64,000 nucleotides of DNA from contig CBDCYE010000001.1 in assembly GCA_965224025.1 (NCBI GenBank), forward strand, positions 12,664 to 76,663, in the 5' to 3' direction. Positions 18,870 through 28,831 of this stretch are shown here, one piece after another. A program made the position numbers and the translations under genes. Source of the stretch: Candidatus Multivorans sp. GTDB taxonomy: Bacteria; Acidobacteriota; Thermoanaerobaculia; Multivoradales; Multivoraceae. The first letter of the stretch is position 1, and each line of letters opens with the position of its first letter. The notes beneath the pieces are model-generated. The model was not told the origin of the DNA. It worked only from the letters and a program-made list of their open reading frames with translations, and ran no database searches.

Positions 18870-19484
18870 GTGAATGGGATGCACCTGCAGCTCGACCAAG
18901 CCCGCAAGGGCCCTGTGCATTGGCGCGAGGTCGTCCCGGCGGTTGCCGTGGACGTGCGCCGGGACGAGGCGCTCGTCCTCGGCAGCGTTGACTGCGAGGG
19001 CAGTCTGACGTTCACCGGCCCGGACTTCCTGCTCCAGGCGAGGTTGCGCTACCGCCAGAGGCTCAACTGCAACCGCTGCCTGACCGCATATGAGGAGGAT
19101 GTCGACCTGCCGCTCACGTTCGTTGTAGCCGTTCGCCGCGAAGACGCGTCCAGCACGTCGGACGGCGCCGTGGACAGCGCCGGGGCCCGCGAACTGGAGG
19201 CGGAGGATCTCTCGGCGCTGTCCGCGGTGGACGGCGCGGTCGACCTCGGCGTCCTGGTGCGAGAGCAGGTCGAGCTGAACGTGCCCATGAAACCGATCTG
19301 CGATCCAGCCTGCCGCGGACTGTGTCCGCAGTGCGGAACGGACTGGAACCGCGGGGAATGCACCTGCGCCAAGGACCAGGTCGACCCGCGCTGGTCGGCC
19401 TTGGAAGCGGTCCGTGAACGACTTGGCGGTAACCTGACGCAGCCGCTGCAAACAAAGCTGAACACTCCAGAAAGGAACCCTTGA
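18870..19484 (+). CDS. yceD: YceD/DUF177 protein
   Basis: CNRCL and [25 protein letters not shown]; directly upstream of rpmF. Confidence 0.9.
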   Translation: MNGMHLQLDQARKGPVHWREVVPAVAVDVRRDEALVLGSVDCEGSLTFTGPDFLLQARLRYRQRLNCNRCLTAYEEDVDLPLTFVVAVRREDASSTSDGAVDSAGARELEAEDLSALSAVDGAVDLGVLVREQVELNVPMKPICDPACRGLCPQCGTDWNRGECTCAKDQVDPRWSALEAVRERLGGNLTQPLQTKLNTPERNP

Positions 19485-19485
19485 A

Positions 19486-19671
19486 ATGCCAAACCCCAAA
19501 CGACGGCACTCGAAGGCGCGTCGCGACCGGAGACGGGCCCATGATGGGCTGAAGCGGCCCGCCGGCTCGTTGTGTCCGAACTGCGGCGAAACCAAGCAGC
19601 CGCACCGCGCCTGCAGTCACTGCGGCCACTATCGCGGTCGCGACGTGGTCGATATCGACGACGTTCTGTAG
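19486..19671 (+). CDS. rpmF: 50S ribosomal protein L32
   Basis: [19 protein letters not shown]...CPNCG...[11 protein letters not shown]. Confidence 0.97.
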   Translation: MPNPKRRHSKARRDRRRAHDGLKRPAGSLCPNCGETKQPHRACSHCGHYRGRDVVDIDDVL

Positions 19672-19717
19672 CCGGCAGTCTGGAGAGCGCTAGACTGGTG
19701 GTTTCCGAAGGACAGAG

Positions 19718-20788
19718 TTGGCCCTGAAATTGACGGACCGAACCTCCACGCGAACTCCGACCGTGATCGCCGTTGACGCGATGGGCGGGGACGACGCACC
19801 CCGGGCCGTGGTTGAGGGCGCGCTGCTGGCGGCGCGTCGACGGAAGCTGCGGCTCCTCCTCGTGGGCCGCCGGCCGATCCTCGAGCAGGAGATCGAGAAC
19901 TTCGAGCCCGGGCCTGCTGTCCGGGATCGGGTCGAGATCGTGCATGCCGAGGAGGTCGTTGGCATGTGCGAGTCCGCGCTCGCGGTGCGACGCAAGCGCG
20001 ACTCTTCGGTGCGCGTCTGTGCCCGCCTGGTCAAGGATGGCCGGGCGCAGGCCATGGTGACCGCGGGCAACACCGGCGCCGCCCTGGTCGCCGGCAAGAT
20101 GGTGATCGGCGTGGCGCCCGGTGTCGATCGACCGGCCCTCGCGGTGACCATGCCGCGGCGCGTCGGTCGAACCATCCTGCTGGACGCGGGCGCCAATGTC
20201 GACTCGAAGCCCGACCAACTCCGTCAGTTCGCGGTCATGGGCCACTATCTGGCCCAGCAACTGCTGCGGATGAACTCGCCGCGGATCGGCCTGCTGTCGA
20301 TCGGCGAGGAGGCCGGGAAGGGCACCGACCTGGTCCGCGAAGTGTTCAAGTCGCTCGACGCCACGGGACTCAACTTCGTCGGCAACGTCGAGGGCCGCGA
20401 CGTGTTCAGCGGCACCACCGATGTCGTCGTCTGCGACGGCTTCGTCGGCAACGCGATCCTGAAGAGCGCCGAGGCGCTCGCGGAGTTCGTGGGCGGCCAG
20501 TTGCGCGAGGAGATGGGGCGCACCCTCCGGTCGCGGCTCGGCTATCTGCTGGCCCGGCCCGCCTTCGACCGCTTCAAGAGCCGGATCGATTACAGCGAGT
20601 ACGGCGGCGCGCCGCTGCTCGGCCTGCGCGGCGGTTGCTTCGTCGCCCACGGTCGTTCGTCCGCCCACGCGATCTGCAGCGCGGTGCAGCGCGCTGTGGA
20701 GTTCTGCGAGGCGGGCATCCACGTCAAGGTCAGCGCCAAGCTGTCGGAGGTTGCCTTCGAGGCGGCGCCAAAGGCGGTAGCGGGATGA
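19718..20788 (+). CDS. plsX: Phosphate acyltransferase PlsX
   Basis: IAVDAMGGDDAP, AGNTGA, LDAGAN, DVVVCDGFVGN, GGAPLLG. Confidence 0.96.
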   Translation: MALKLTDRTSTRTPTVIAVDAMGGDDAPRAVVEGALLAARRRKLRLLLVGRRPILEQEIENFEPGPAVRDRVEIVHAEEVVGMCESALAVRRKRDSSVRVCARLVKDGRAQAMVTAGNTGAALVAGKMVIGVAPGVDRPALAVTMPRRVGRTILLDAGANVDSKPDQLRQFAVMGHYLAQQLLRMNSPRIGLLSIGEEAGKGTDLVREVFKSLDATGLNFVGNVEGRDVFSGTTDVVVCDGFVGNAILKSAEALAEFVGGQLREEMGRTLRSRLGYLLARPAFDRFKSRIDYSEYGGAPLLGLRGGCFVAHGRSSAHAICSAVQRAVEFCEAGIHVKVSAKLSEVAFEAAPKAVAG

Positions 20789-21828
20789 CAAACGGACTCA
20801 GGCGAGCTTCTACCAACCATGCACGGCGGGTCTGGATCGCCGGCACCGGCATGGCCGTGCCGGACAAGATCCTCACCAACGCCGACTTCGAGCGCATGAT
20901 CGACACGTCGAACGAGTGGATCGTCGCCCGAACCGGCATCCGCGAACGACGGGTCGCTACCGACGACGAGTACACGTCGGTCTTTGCTGTTCAAGCCGCA
21001 CGCGAGGCGATGGAGATGGCGGGTGTGGCGCCCGCAGAGGTGGATCTCATCCTGATCTCGACGGTGACGCCGGACATGCCCTTCCCGTCCACTGCCTGCC
21101 TGGTGCAGGAAGAAATCGGTGCGAAGGATGCGACATCCTTCGATCTGAACGCGGGCTGCACGGGCTTCATCTACGGTCTTTCGGTCGGGCACCAGTACGT
21201 CGCCAGCGGCGCGGCCTCGACGGCTCTGGTGATCGGCGCCGAGTCGCTGACCAAGTACACGGACTACGAGGACCGCGCGACCTGCGTTCTGTTCGGCGAC
21301 GGCGCGGGTGCGGTTGTGCTGCGCGGCGAAGACCCCCCGGCGCCGAGTTCGGAGAACGGGTTGCCGGGCGTCCTCTCCGTGGCGATCCACAGCGATGGTT
21401 CGCTGGCCCACCTGCTCGAGATGCCGGGCGGCGGCAGCCGCAATCCTCCGAACCGTCCGGAGACGTTGGAAGCGCGGCTGCCCTTCATCCGGATGCTCGG
21501 CAACGAGACCTTCAAGGTGGCGGTCCGCACCCTGGCCGAGGTCTCAGGCGAAGTGCTCGCCGACGCCGGCCAGGCGCCGCAAGACGTCAAGTGGCTCATT
21601 CCCCATCAGGCGAACCGCCGGATCATCGACGCCGTGGGCCGCCGGATCGACGTGCCCGCCGACCGCGTGTACGTCAACGTCGATCGTTACGGCAACACCT
21701 CGGCCGCGTCCATCCCGATCGCGCTCGACGAACTGAACCGCGACGGGCGGATCGACTCCGGGGACCTGGTCCTGATGGCGGCCTTCGGCGCCGGGCTGAC
21801 CTGGGGCGCCGCCGCAGTCCGCTTCTAG
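20785..21828 (+). CDS. fabH: 3-oxoacyl-ACP synthase III
   Basis: EWIVARTGIRERR, AGCTGF, PHQANRRI, YGNTSAASIP, FGAGLTWG. Confidence 0.96.
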   Translation: MTNGLRRASTNHARRVWIAGTGMAVPDKILTNADFERMIDTSNEWIVARTGIRERRVATDDEYTSVFAVQAAREAMEMAGVAPAEVDLILISTVTPDMPFPSTACLVQEEIGAKDATSFDLNAGCTGFIYGLSVGHQYVASGAASTALVIGAESLTKYTDYEDRATCVLFGDGAGAVVLRGEDPPAPSSENGLPGVLSVAIHSDGSLAHLLEMPGGGSRNPPNRPETLEARLPFIRMLGNETFKVAVRTLAEVSGEVLADAGQAPQDVKWLIPHQANRRIIDAVGRRIDVPADRVYVNVDRYGNTSAASIPIALDELNRDGRIDSGDLVLMAAFGAGLTWGAAAVRF

Positions 21829-21844
21829 TGTCCCGCCGCCGTCC

Positions 21845-21889
21845 CTTGGGAACGCGGGCGTCTCGCCCGCATCCGGCGCCAAGCGTCGG
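21845..21889 (+). repeat. REP-like palindromic element between fabH and fabD
   Basis: cttgggaac-gcgggcg-tct-cgcccgc-at-ccggcgc-caa-gcgtcgg. Confidence 0.85.
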
Positions 21890-21910
21890 ACTTTGGAATG
21901 GTCCTGTTGG

Positions 21911-22837
21911 ATGAGTGGGGTGGCGTACGTCTTTCCGGGCCAGGGCTCGCAGCGGGTCGGCATGGGCCGGGCGTTGGCTTTGGCCTTTCCGGAGGCGCGG
22001 GCGGTCTTCGAGGAAGCGGACGACACCCTCGGTTTCGCGCTTTCTGTGCTTTGCTTCGAGGGGCCTGAAGACGAGCTTCAACTGACGGCCAACACCCAGC
22101 CCGCGATTGTCGCCGCATCGGTAGCGGCGCTCCGCTGCTACCGGGCTCAGGGCCTGGAGACGGAGTCGCCGGACTTCGTCGCCGGTCACAGCCTGGGCGA
22201 GTACTCGGCCCTCGTCGCGGCCGGCGCGCTCGAACTCGGCGACGCTCTGCGCCTGGTCCGGGCCCGGGGCGAGGCCATGCAGAAGGCGGTGCCGGTGGGC
22301 GAGGGCGCGATGGCCGCTGTGCTTGGCCTGAGCGTCGAAGACACGGCGGAGGTCGCCGCCGAGGCCGCGGGCGACACCGGCGGTGTCTGCCAACTCGCCA
22401 ACCTGAACGCGCCGGGGCAGATCGTGATCGCCGGCGCCAGCGAAACGGTGGAGCGGGCAATGGTGCTGGCGAGTGGCCGGGGCGCGCGCCGGGCGATTTC
22501 GCTGCCGGTTTCGGCACCTTTCCACTGCGCCCTGATGGCGCCGGCCCGCCAGGCGATGGCGCCGTTGATTCAGGCGGCGCCGATGGCGGACCCCCAGGTG
22601 CCGGTGGTCTGCAACGTGGATGCGGCGCCGGTGACAAGCGCTTCCGCGGCCAGGTACGCGCTGGTCCGGCAGATCGACGGCCCCGTGCGCTGGGCGGAGT
22701 CGGTGACGGTCATGGCGGCCGAAGGCGTCGGCCGGCTGATCGAGTTCGGTCCGGGTAAGGTGCTTTCCGGCCTCGCGCGGCGGATCGATCGAAAGCTGAA
22801 GGTCCGGTCGGTGGCCGAGCCGGGCGACATGGAGTGA
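21911..22837 (+). CDS. fabD: Malonyl-CoA:ACP transacylase
   Basis: FPGQGSQ, AGHSLGEYSA, LPVSAPFH, EFGPGKVLSGL. Confidence 0.96.
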   Translation: MSGVAYVFPGQGSQRVGMGRALALAFPEARAVFEEADDTLGFALSVLCFEGPEDELQLTANTQPAIVAASVAALRCYRAQGLETESPDFVAGHSLGEYSALVAAGALELGDALRLVRARGEAMQKAVPVGEGAMAAVLGLSVEDTAEVAAEAAGDTGGVCQLANLNAPGQIVIAGASETVERAMVLASGRGARRAISLPVSAPFHCALMAPARQAMAPLIQAAPMADPQVPVVCNVDAAPVTSASAARYALVRQIDGPVRWAESVTVMAAEGVGRLIEFGPGKVLSGLARRIDRKLKVRSVAEPGDME

Positions 22838-23589
22838 CGACCGTGAGCATCTTCGATTTGAGCGGACGGACGGCGCTGGTCACCGGCGCCTCGCGCGGGA
22901 TCGGCCGCGCCTGCGCCGTGCTGCTGGCGCGGCAGGGCGCCCGCGTGGTGCTGGCGGCCCGGAACGAGGAACTGCTGGGCGAAGTCGCCGCCGAGATCGC
23001 CGCCTCGGGAGGCGAGGCACACGCGATGGCGCTCGATCTGGCCGATCACGAACAGGTACCCGGCGCGGTGCGGCAGCTTCCGAAGGAGTTCGCGGCGGTC
23101 GACATCCTGGTCAACAACGCCGGCATCACGGCCGACAACCTGTTGGCCCGGATGACCCTGGACCAGTGGCAGCGGGTGCAGGACGTGAACCTGACCGGCG
23201 TCTTCGTCCTGACCAAGGCGCTCGTGCGGGGCATGATGCGTCGCCGCTTCGGGCGGGTCGTTTCGGTGTCGTCGGTCGCCGGCGTGCTCGGCAACGCCGG
23301 GCAGGCGAACTACGCCGCCTCCAAGGCCGGGCTGATCGGGTTCAGCAAGTCCCTCGCCCGCGAGCTGCTGAGCCGGGGGATCACGGTGAACGTTGTCGCG
23401 CCGGGCTTCATCGAGACGGACATGACCGCCGCGATGCCGGAAGGCGCCGGCGAGCGCTTTCGGGAGCAGTACGGTGTGATGCGTCTCGGCACGGTGGATG
23501 ACATTGCGCCCGCCGTGCTGTATCTGGCAAGCGACGAGGCGTCCTACGTCACCGGCGAAGTCCTGAGCGTCAGCGGCGGAATGACCTGA
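22834..23589 (+). CDS. fabG: 3-oxoacyl-ACP reductase
   Basis: [37 protein letters not shown]. Confidence 0.95.
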   Translation: MTTVSIFDLSGRTALVTGASRGIGRACAVLLARQGARVVLAARNEELLGEVAAEIAASGGEAHAMALDLADHEQVPGAVRQLPKEFAAVDILVNNAGITADNLLARMTLDQWQRVQDVNLTGVFVLTKALVRGMMRRRFGRVVSVSSVAGVLGNAGQANYAASKAGLIGFSKSLARELLSRGITVNVVAPGFIETDMTAAMPEGAGERFREQYGVMRLGTVDDIAPAVLYLASDEASYVTGEVLSVSGGMT

Positions 23590-23695
23590 GAGACAACACC
23601 AGTTGGACGGATCGGCCTCGCGGTGGCATAGTCTCGCTCTGTCAGCGGGCCGGAAAACGCCAAACCTGCGCCATCACCCCCAAAGAGGAACCAGA

Positions 23696-23935
23696 ATGTC
23701 CGTAGTCCAAAAGGTCAATAGCATCATTGTCGAGCAGCTCGGAGTCGATGCCGACGAAGTCACTCCGCAGGCCAGTTTCACCGACGACCTCGGTGCGGAC
23801 TCGCTCGACATCGTCGAGTTGGTCATGGCCTTCGAGGAGGAGTTCGGCATCGAGATCCCCGATGAGGATGCCGAGAAGATCGGCTCCGTCAAGGAAGCCA
23901 CCGACTACATCCAGGCGCACGGGGGCGACAACTAG
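23696..23935 (+). CDS. acpP: Acyl carrier protein
   Basis: [20 protein letters not shown]; RBS agagga upstream of ATG 23696. Confidence 0.97.
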   Translation: MSVVQKVNSIIVEQLGVDADEVTPQASFTDDLGADSLDIVELVMAFEEEFGIEIPDEDAEKIGSVKEATDYIQAHGGDN

Positions 23936-24023
23936 CGAGCTGGCTCCGGCCGCCCCGAGCGGGTCCGCTGACAGCGCCGCCAAACCCGTCGCAGACTCCG
24001 TGTTTGGCCCCATCTCCCACCTC

Positions 24024-24081
24024 TCCAGTTGGCCGCGCCGCCGAACGCAACGGAGTGCATTCGGCGGCGCAGCCAACTGGA
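24024..24081 (+). other. Long imperfect hairpin between acpP and fabF
   Basis: tccagttggccgcgccgccgaa...ttcggcggcgcagccaactgga, ending 7 nt before the fabF ATG. Confidence 0.7.
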
Positions 24082-24088
24082 CGGATTC

Positions 24089-25330
<1,242 letters not shown>

Positions 25331-25339
25331 CGCTATCCC

Positions 25340-25369
25340 TTGACACCCCAAGGCCTTCCGGTGTCTAAT
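25340..25369 (+). promoter_or_regulatory. Sigma70-like promoter TTGACA-N18-TCTAAT for the aro-his-trp operon
   Basis: ttgaca at 25340-25345, tctaat at 25364-25369. Confidence 0.6.
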
Positions 25370-25413
25370 CCGGCGTTCCGGTACATTCCGGTCCCCGGAA
25401 CCCGCACCACGCC

Positions 25414-25509
25414 ATGAACTCACAGGCCAGCGACAGCGCGATCACGATGCCCACGGTTACCGGCGTCGTTGCGCAGGCTTGGTGGGCTCACGGTCACGGC
25501 AAGGGCTGA
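25414..25509 (+). CDS. Putative attenuator leader peptide MNSQASDSAITMPTVTGVVAQAWWAHGHGKG (alternative start 25447)
   Basis: Short ORF between the promoter and the operon, with TGG TGG (25480-25485) and CAC GGT CAC (25489-25497) near its end. Not in the ORF track. Confidence 0.72.
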   Translation: MNSQASDSAITMPTVTGVVAQAWWAHGHGKG

Positions 25510-25511
25510 AA

Positions 25512-25584
25512 ACCGGGCCAAGTCCCGGTAAGTGGTCCGGGACGAGGGTGAGCGAGAAGACCTCCTTCCGGATCGAAGGAGGTC
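25512..25584 (+). promoter_or_regulatory. Attenuator-like alternative hairpins, including a 10-bp stem sequestering the aroDE Shine-Dalgarno
   Basis: accggg/cccggt (25512-25529) competes with gtcccgg/ccgggac (25522-25543). gacctccttc-cggatc-gaaggaggtc (25559-25584) contains AAGGAGG 8 nt before TTG 25591. Confidence 0.7.
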
Positions 25585-25590
25585 ATCAGT

Positions 25591-27186
25591 TTGAGTTCGA
25601 CACCCGAGAATCCGCCGCGAGCCACCCCTGCGGAGGTCGCGCGGAGCGCAACGTATACGGAGGTTGCGCGGAGCGCAACGTCTACGGAGGTCGCCCGGAG
25701 CGCGACCTTGGTGGCGTCGTTGACGGAGGCACCGAGTGCGTCCGGCGACGAGTTGCGCGCGCTGTCGGAGCGCGCCGACTGTCTCGAGGTGCGTGCGGAT
25801 CTGGTCGGCGAGATCGACGCCGACTGGCTGCGGGAGCGTTTCGCGGGCGAACTGCTGTACACCCTGCGCAGCGAGGCGGAGGGCGGCCGCGGACCGGTCG
25901 ATGCGGGTCGGCGGGCGGAGCGGCTGGTTGCGGCCCGCGGGTACGACCTGGTCGATCTCGAGGCCGACCGCGATCTGGGCCGCGAGTTGCTCGCTTCGAT
26001 CGAGCCTGTCAGGCGGCTGGTGTCCTGGCACGGCCGCGGCGCCAGTCTCAAGGCGCTGCGAGGCCGGCTCAGACAGATGTCGGGCGCGGAGGCCCGGCTC
26101 TACAAGCTCGTTACTGCCCCGAAGAGGTCCGGTGAGGAGTTGGCGCCGCTCGAACTGCTGCTCGACACCGGCCGGACGGATGTCGCCGCGTTCGGGGTGG
26201 GCGCCATCGGCGCCTGGACCCGGCAGGTGGCGCCGCGGCTCGGAGCGCCGTGGGTCTACGGCGCCGCGGGTGCGCTGGTTGCCGCCCCCGGTCAACCGTC
26301 CATCGAGCGGCTGCGGGCCGACTACGGCCTGCCGAACCTGCCCCGCGTGTCGCGGCTGTTCGGCGTCGTCGGGCACCCGGCGGCGCACAGCCTGTCGCCA
26401 CGGCTCCACAACGCCGGCTACCTCGACCGCGGTGAGGCCGCGCTCTACGTCGCCTTCGACGCGCCTTCCTTCGAGACGTTCTGGAGCGAAATCGCGCGGA
26501 GCGACTTCTTTGAGCGTGCGGGCATGCCCCTCGGCGGCCTGAGCGTCACCGCGCCGCACAAGGCCGCGGCTCTGGCCGCTGCCGCGGAGGCCGGCGACCT
26601 GGCGGGTCGAGCCGGGGGTGCGAACACCCTGATCCCGGGCCCGGGCGCCGCCGCCGACAGGCAATGGCGGGCAGAGAGCACGGACCCGGAGGGCGTCGTC
26701 GGTCCGCTGCGCCGGCACGGCGTCGAGCTTTCGGGCCGCACTGCCGTGGTCATCGGCGCCGGCGGCGCCGGCCGGGCCGCGGCGGCGGGCCTGACGGCCG
26801 CGGGCGCGGACATCGCGCTCACAAACCGCACCGTCTCCAGCGGCCAGGCAGCCGCGGAGTCGCTCGGCGTTGCCTTCGTTCCGCTCGACGAGCTGGCGCC
26901 CGGCGCGTTCGACGTGGTCGTCAACGCCACCTCGCTCGGCCACGATTCCGCGGACCCGCTTCCCTGCGATCCGAACGCGCTGCGAGCCTCGGCTGCCGCG
27001 GTGGATCTGGTCTACGGCGGCGGACCGACGCCCTGGAGCCGGTCCCTCGCAGCGCGCGGCGTTCGGGTCGTGGACGGCCGGGAAGTGTTGCTGCACCAGG
27101 GTCTGGCGCAGTTCGAGGCGATGACGGGAAAGCCGCTGCGGTTCGAGGTCGGCGCCGCGGCCCTGGGATTGGAGACGCCGCGATGA
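25591..27186 (+). CDS. Bifunctional type I 3-dehydroquinate dehydratase / shikimate dehydrogenase (AroD-AroE)
   Basis: LEVRADL, YTLRSEAEGG, VSWH, YKLV, AAPGQ (AroD); HSLSPRLHN, SVTAPHK, ANTL, IGAGGAGRA, VNATSLG (AroE). Confidence 0.9.
   Translation: MSSTPENPPRATPAEVARSATYTEVARSATSTEVARSATLVASLTEAPSASGDELRALSERADCLEVRADLVGEIDADWLRERFAGELLYTLRSEAEGGRGPVDAGRRAERLVAARGYDLVDLEADRDLGRELLASIEPVRRLVSWHGRGASLKALRGRLRQMSGAEARLYKLVTAPKRSGEELAPLELLLDTGRTDVAAFGVGAIGAWTRQVAPRLGAPWVYGAAGALVAAPGQPSIERLRADYGLPNLPRVSRLFGVVGHPAAHSLSPRLHNAGYLDRGEAALYVAFDAPSFETFWSEIARSDFFERAGMPLGGLSVTAPHKAAALAAAAEAGDLAGRAGGANTLIPGPGAAADRQWRAESTDPEGVVGPLRRHGVELSGRTAVVIGAGGAGRAAAAGLTAAGADIALTNRTVSSGQAAAESLGVAFVPLDELAPGAFDVVVNATSLGHDSADPLPCDPNALRASAAAVDLVYGGGPTPWSRSLAARGVRVVDGREVLLHQGLAQFEAMTGKPLRFEVGAAALGLETPR
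25631..25706. repeat. Three tandem 27-bp palindromic repeats encoding (EVARSAT..)x3
   Basis: cggagg at 25631, 25658 and 25685; core gttgcgc-gga-gcgcaac. Confidence 0.85.
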
Positions 27187-28196
27187 AGATCTCCGCCGGC
27201 CTGCCGACCGGAGTGTCGGCTGCCCTCTTCGACAGCGTGAAGCGGCGCCGCCGGCTGGAGGCGCGCCTGACGGCGCTGCTCGAGGAGCGCGGCTTCGGCG
27301 AGGTGTTGCTGCCCATCCTCGACTACTTCGAGCCTTACCGGCCCCTGCTCCAGGGGCGCCGGCTGGAGCAGCTCTACCGGTTCGTCGACCGGGACGGTCA
27401 ACTGCTCGTGCTGCGTGGCGACTTCACGCCGATGCTCGCGCGGTTGCTCGCCCCCCACCTGGACGACCTGGAACTGCCGCTGCGTCTCTACTACCGCGGC
27501 GACGTGGTGCGGCATCAGCCTCTACGTCCCGGCCGGATGCGCGAGTACTCGCAGTTGGGCGCCGAGCTGCTGGGCGGCGACCGCACCGAGGCGGACGAGC
27601 GGACGCTGACCCTGTTCCTCGACCTGCTGCGTCAGGCCCGCGGCGACGCCCCTGGGAAGGTCTCGCCCGCATCCGGCGAAAGGAATGACGCCGCGCTCCG
27701 GGTCGTCCTCGGCGTCGCCGGTGCGCTCGACGAGCCCCTGCTCGCCGCGGCAGGAGATGGCGCCGCCGGTGAACTCGCTTTGCGGATAGCGAGCCGCGAC
27801 CGGCAGGCCGCGCGCCGGGCCGGTCTCGCCGATGTCGTAGAGCGCGGCTATCCGGAAGACCTCTCCGTGCTCGGGGACGCCGCCGCTGCGGTGACTGAAC
27901 TGCTCCTGCTCCGCGACCGGCTTTGTGCTGAGTACGGCGATCTCGGCATCGAGGTCGAGGTCGATCTCGCCGAGTTCGCCGCCGCCGCGCTCGACCCGAG
28001 GATCGGCGTTTCCGCGGGCCCGCGCGGCTACTACGACGGCCTCATGTTCGCGGCCTACGCGCCGGGTACGGCCCTGGCCCTGGGTGTCGGCGGTCGGTAC
28101 GACAGGGTGTTCCGGTCGCTCAGCGGCGACTGCTCGGCGGTCGGCTTCTCGTTCGGTCTCGACCTGTTGACCAAACTGGCGGAGGGCCCGGCATGA
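27183..28196 (+). CDS. hisZ: ATP phosphoribosyltransferase regulatory subunit
   Basis: LPTGV, LYRFVDRDG..LVLRGDFTP, RLYYRGDV, REYSQLGAE, YYDG, GGRYD, AVGFS; upstream of a short hisG. Confidence 0.88.
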   Translation: MKISAGLPTGVSAALFDSVKRRRRLEARLTALLEERGFGEVLLPILDYFEPYRPLLQGRRLEQLYRFVDRDGQLLVLRGDFTPMLARLLAPHLDDLELPLRLYYRGDVVRHQPLRPGRMREYSQLGAELLGGDRTEADERTLTLFLDLLRQARGDAPGKVSPASGERNDAALRVVLGVAGALDEPLLAAAGDGAAGELALRIASRDRQAARRAGLADVVERGYPEDLSVLGDAAAAVTELLLLRDRLCAEYGDLGIEVEVDLAEFAAAALDPRIGVSAGPRGYYDGLMFAAYAPGTALALGVGGRYDRVFRSLSGDCSAVGFSFGLDLLTKLAEGPA

Positions 28197-28831
28197 TCAC
28201 GTTCGGCCTGCCGAAGGGACGCAACCTCGGACCGGCGCGCGACGCGCTTGCCGCCGCGGGCATGGGTCTCACCGATCTCGATTCCTCCCGCCTGCGCCAA
28301 CGCTTCGGAGGCGTTGGGGTGCTGGGGGTCGAGGTCGAGGTGCTGCTGCTCAAGGACTGGGACCTGCCGCTCTATGTCGAGCACGGGATCGTCGACTGCG
28401 CGATCATAGGCTCAGACGTGCTGGAGGAGACCCAGCCCGACGTTTTCCAGCCGCTGCGCCTCCAGGACGGCCGTAGCCGCCTGTCGTTGATTGCCGAGAC
28501 GCCGGAACTGCCGCGGCGGAGCGGCCAGCTCCGCGCGGCGACCCGCTATCCGGCGTGGGCGGCGCGGCTTCTTGCCGCCCGCAAACTGCACGTCGAGGTG
28601 CTGAGCCTGACCAGCTCGATCGAACTCGGGCCGTTGCTCGACCTGACCGACATGGCGGTCGACATCGTGCAGACCGGCGCCACGCTCAGAACCCACGACC
28701 TGCACGAGGTCGAGGTGCTGGCCCAGGTGGCGCCGACGTTCGTGGTCAACCGGGCTTCGTTCCACGCCCACCGGCGCCGGTTGAGCCGGCTGCTGGGCGC
28801 GCTCGAAGAATCGGGGGCCGCCGGTGACTGA
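28193..28831 (+). CDS. hisG: ATP phosphoribosyltransferase, short form
   Basis: GLPKGR, DLPLYVEHGIVD, ATRYP, SIELGP, DIVQTGATL. Confidence 0.92.
   Translation: MITFGLPKGRNLGPARDALAAAGMGLTDLDSSRLRQRFGGVGVLGVEVEVLLLKDWDLPLYVEHGIVDCAIIGSDVLEETQPDVFQPLRLQDGRSRLSLIAETPELPRRSGQLRAATRYPAWAARLLAARKLHVEVLSLTSSIELGPLLDLTDMAVDIVQTGATLRTHDLHEVEVLAQVAPTFVVNRASFHAHRRRLSRLLGALEESGAAGD

Noticed and set aside
25559-25590. Intrinsic terminator for the leader
   Set aside because: No U-run follows the stem (atcagttt), and the stem contains the SD, so RBS sequestration fits better.
25631-25706. CRISPR-like mini array (also considered for 1737-1796)
   Set aside because: Units are directly adjacent with no unique spacers, and there are no cas genes.
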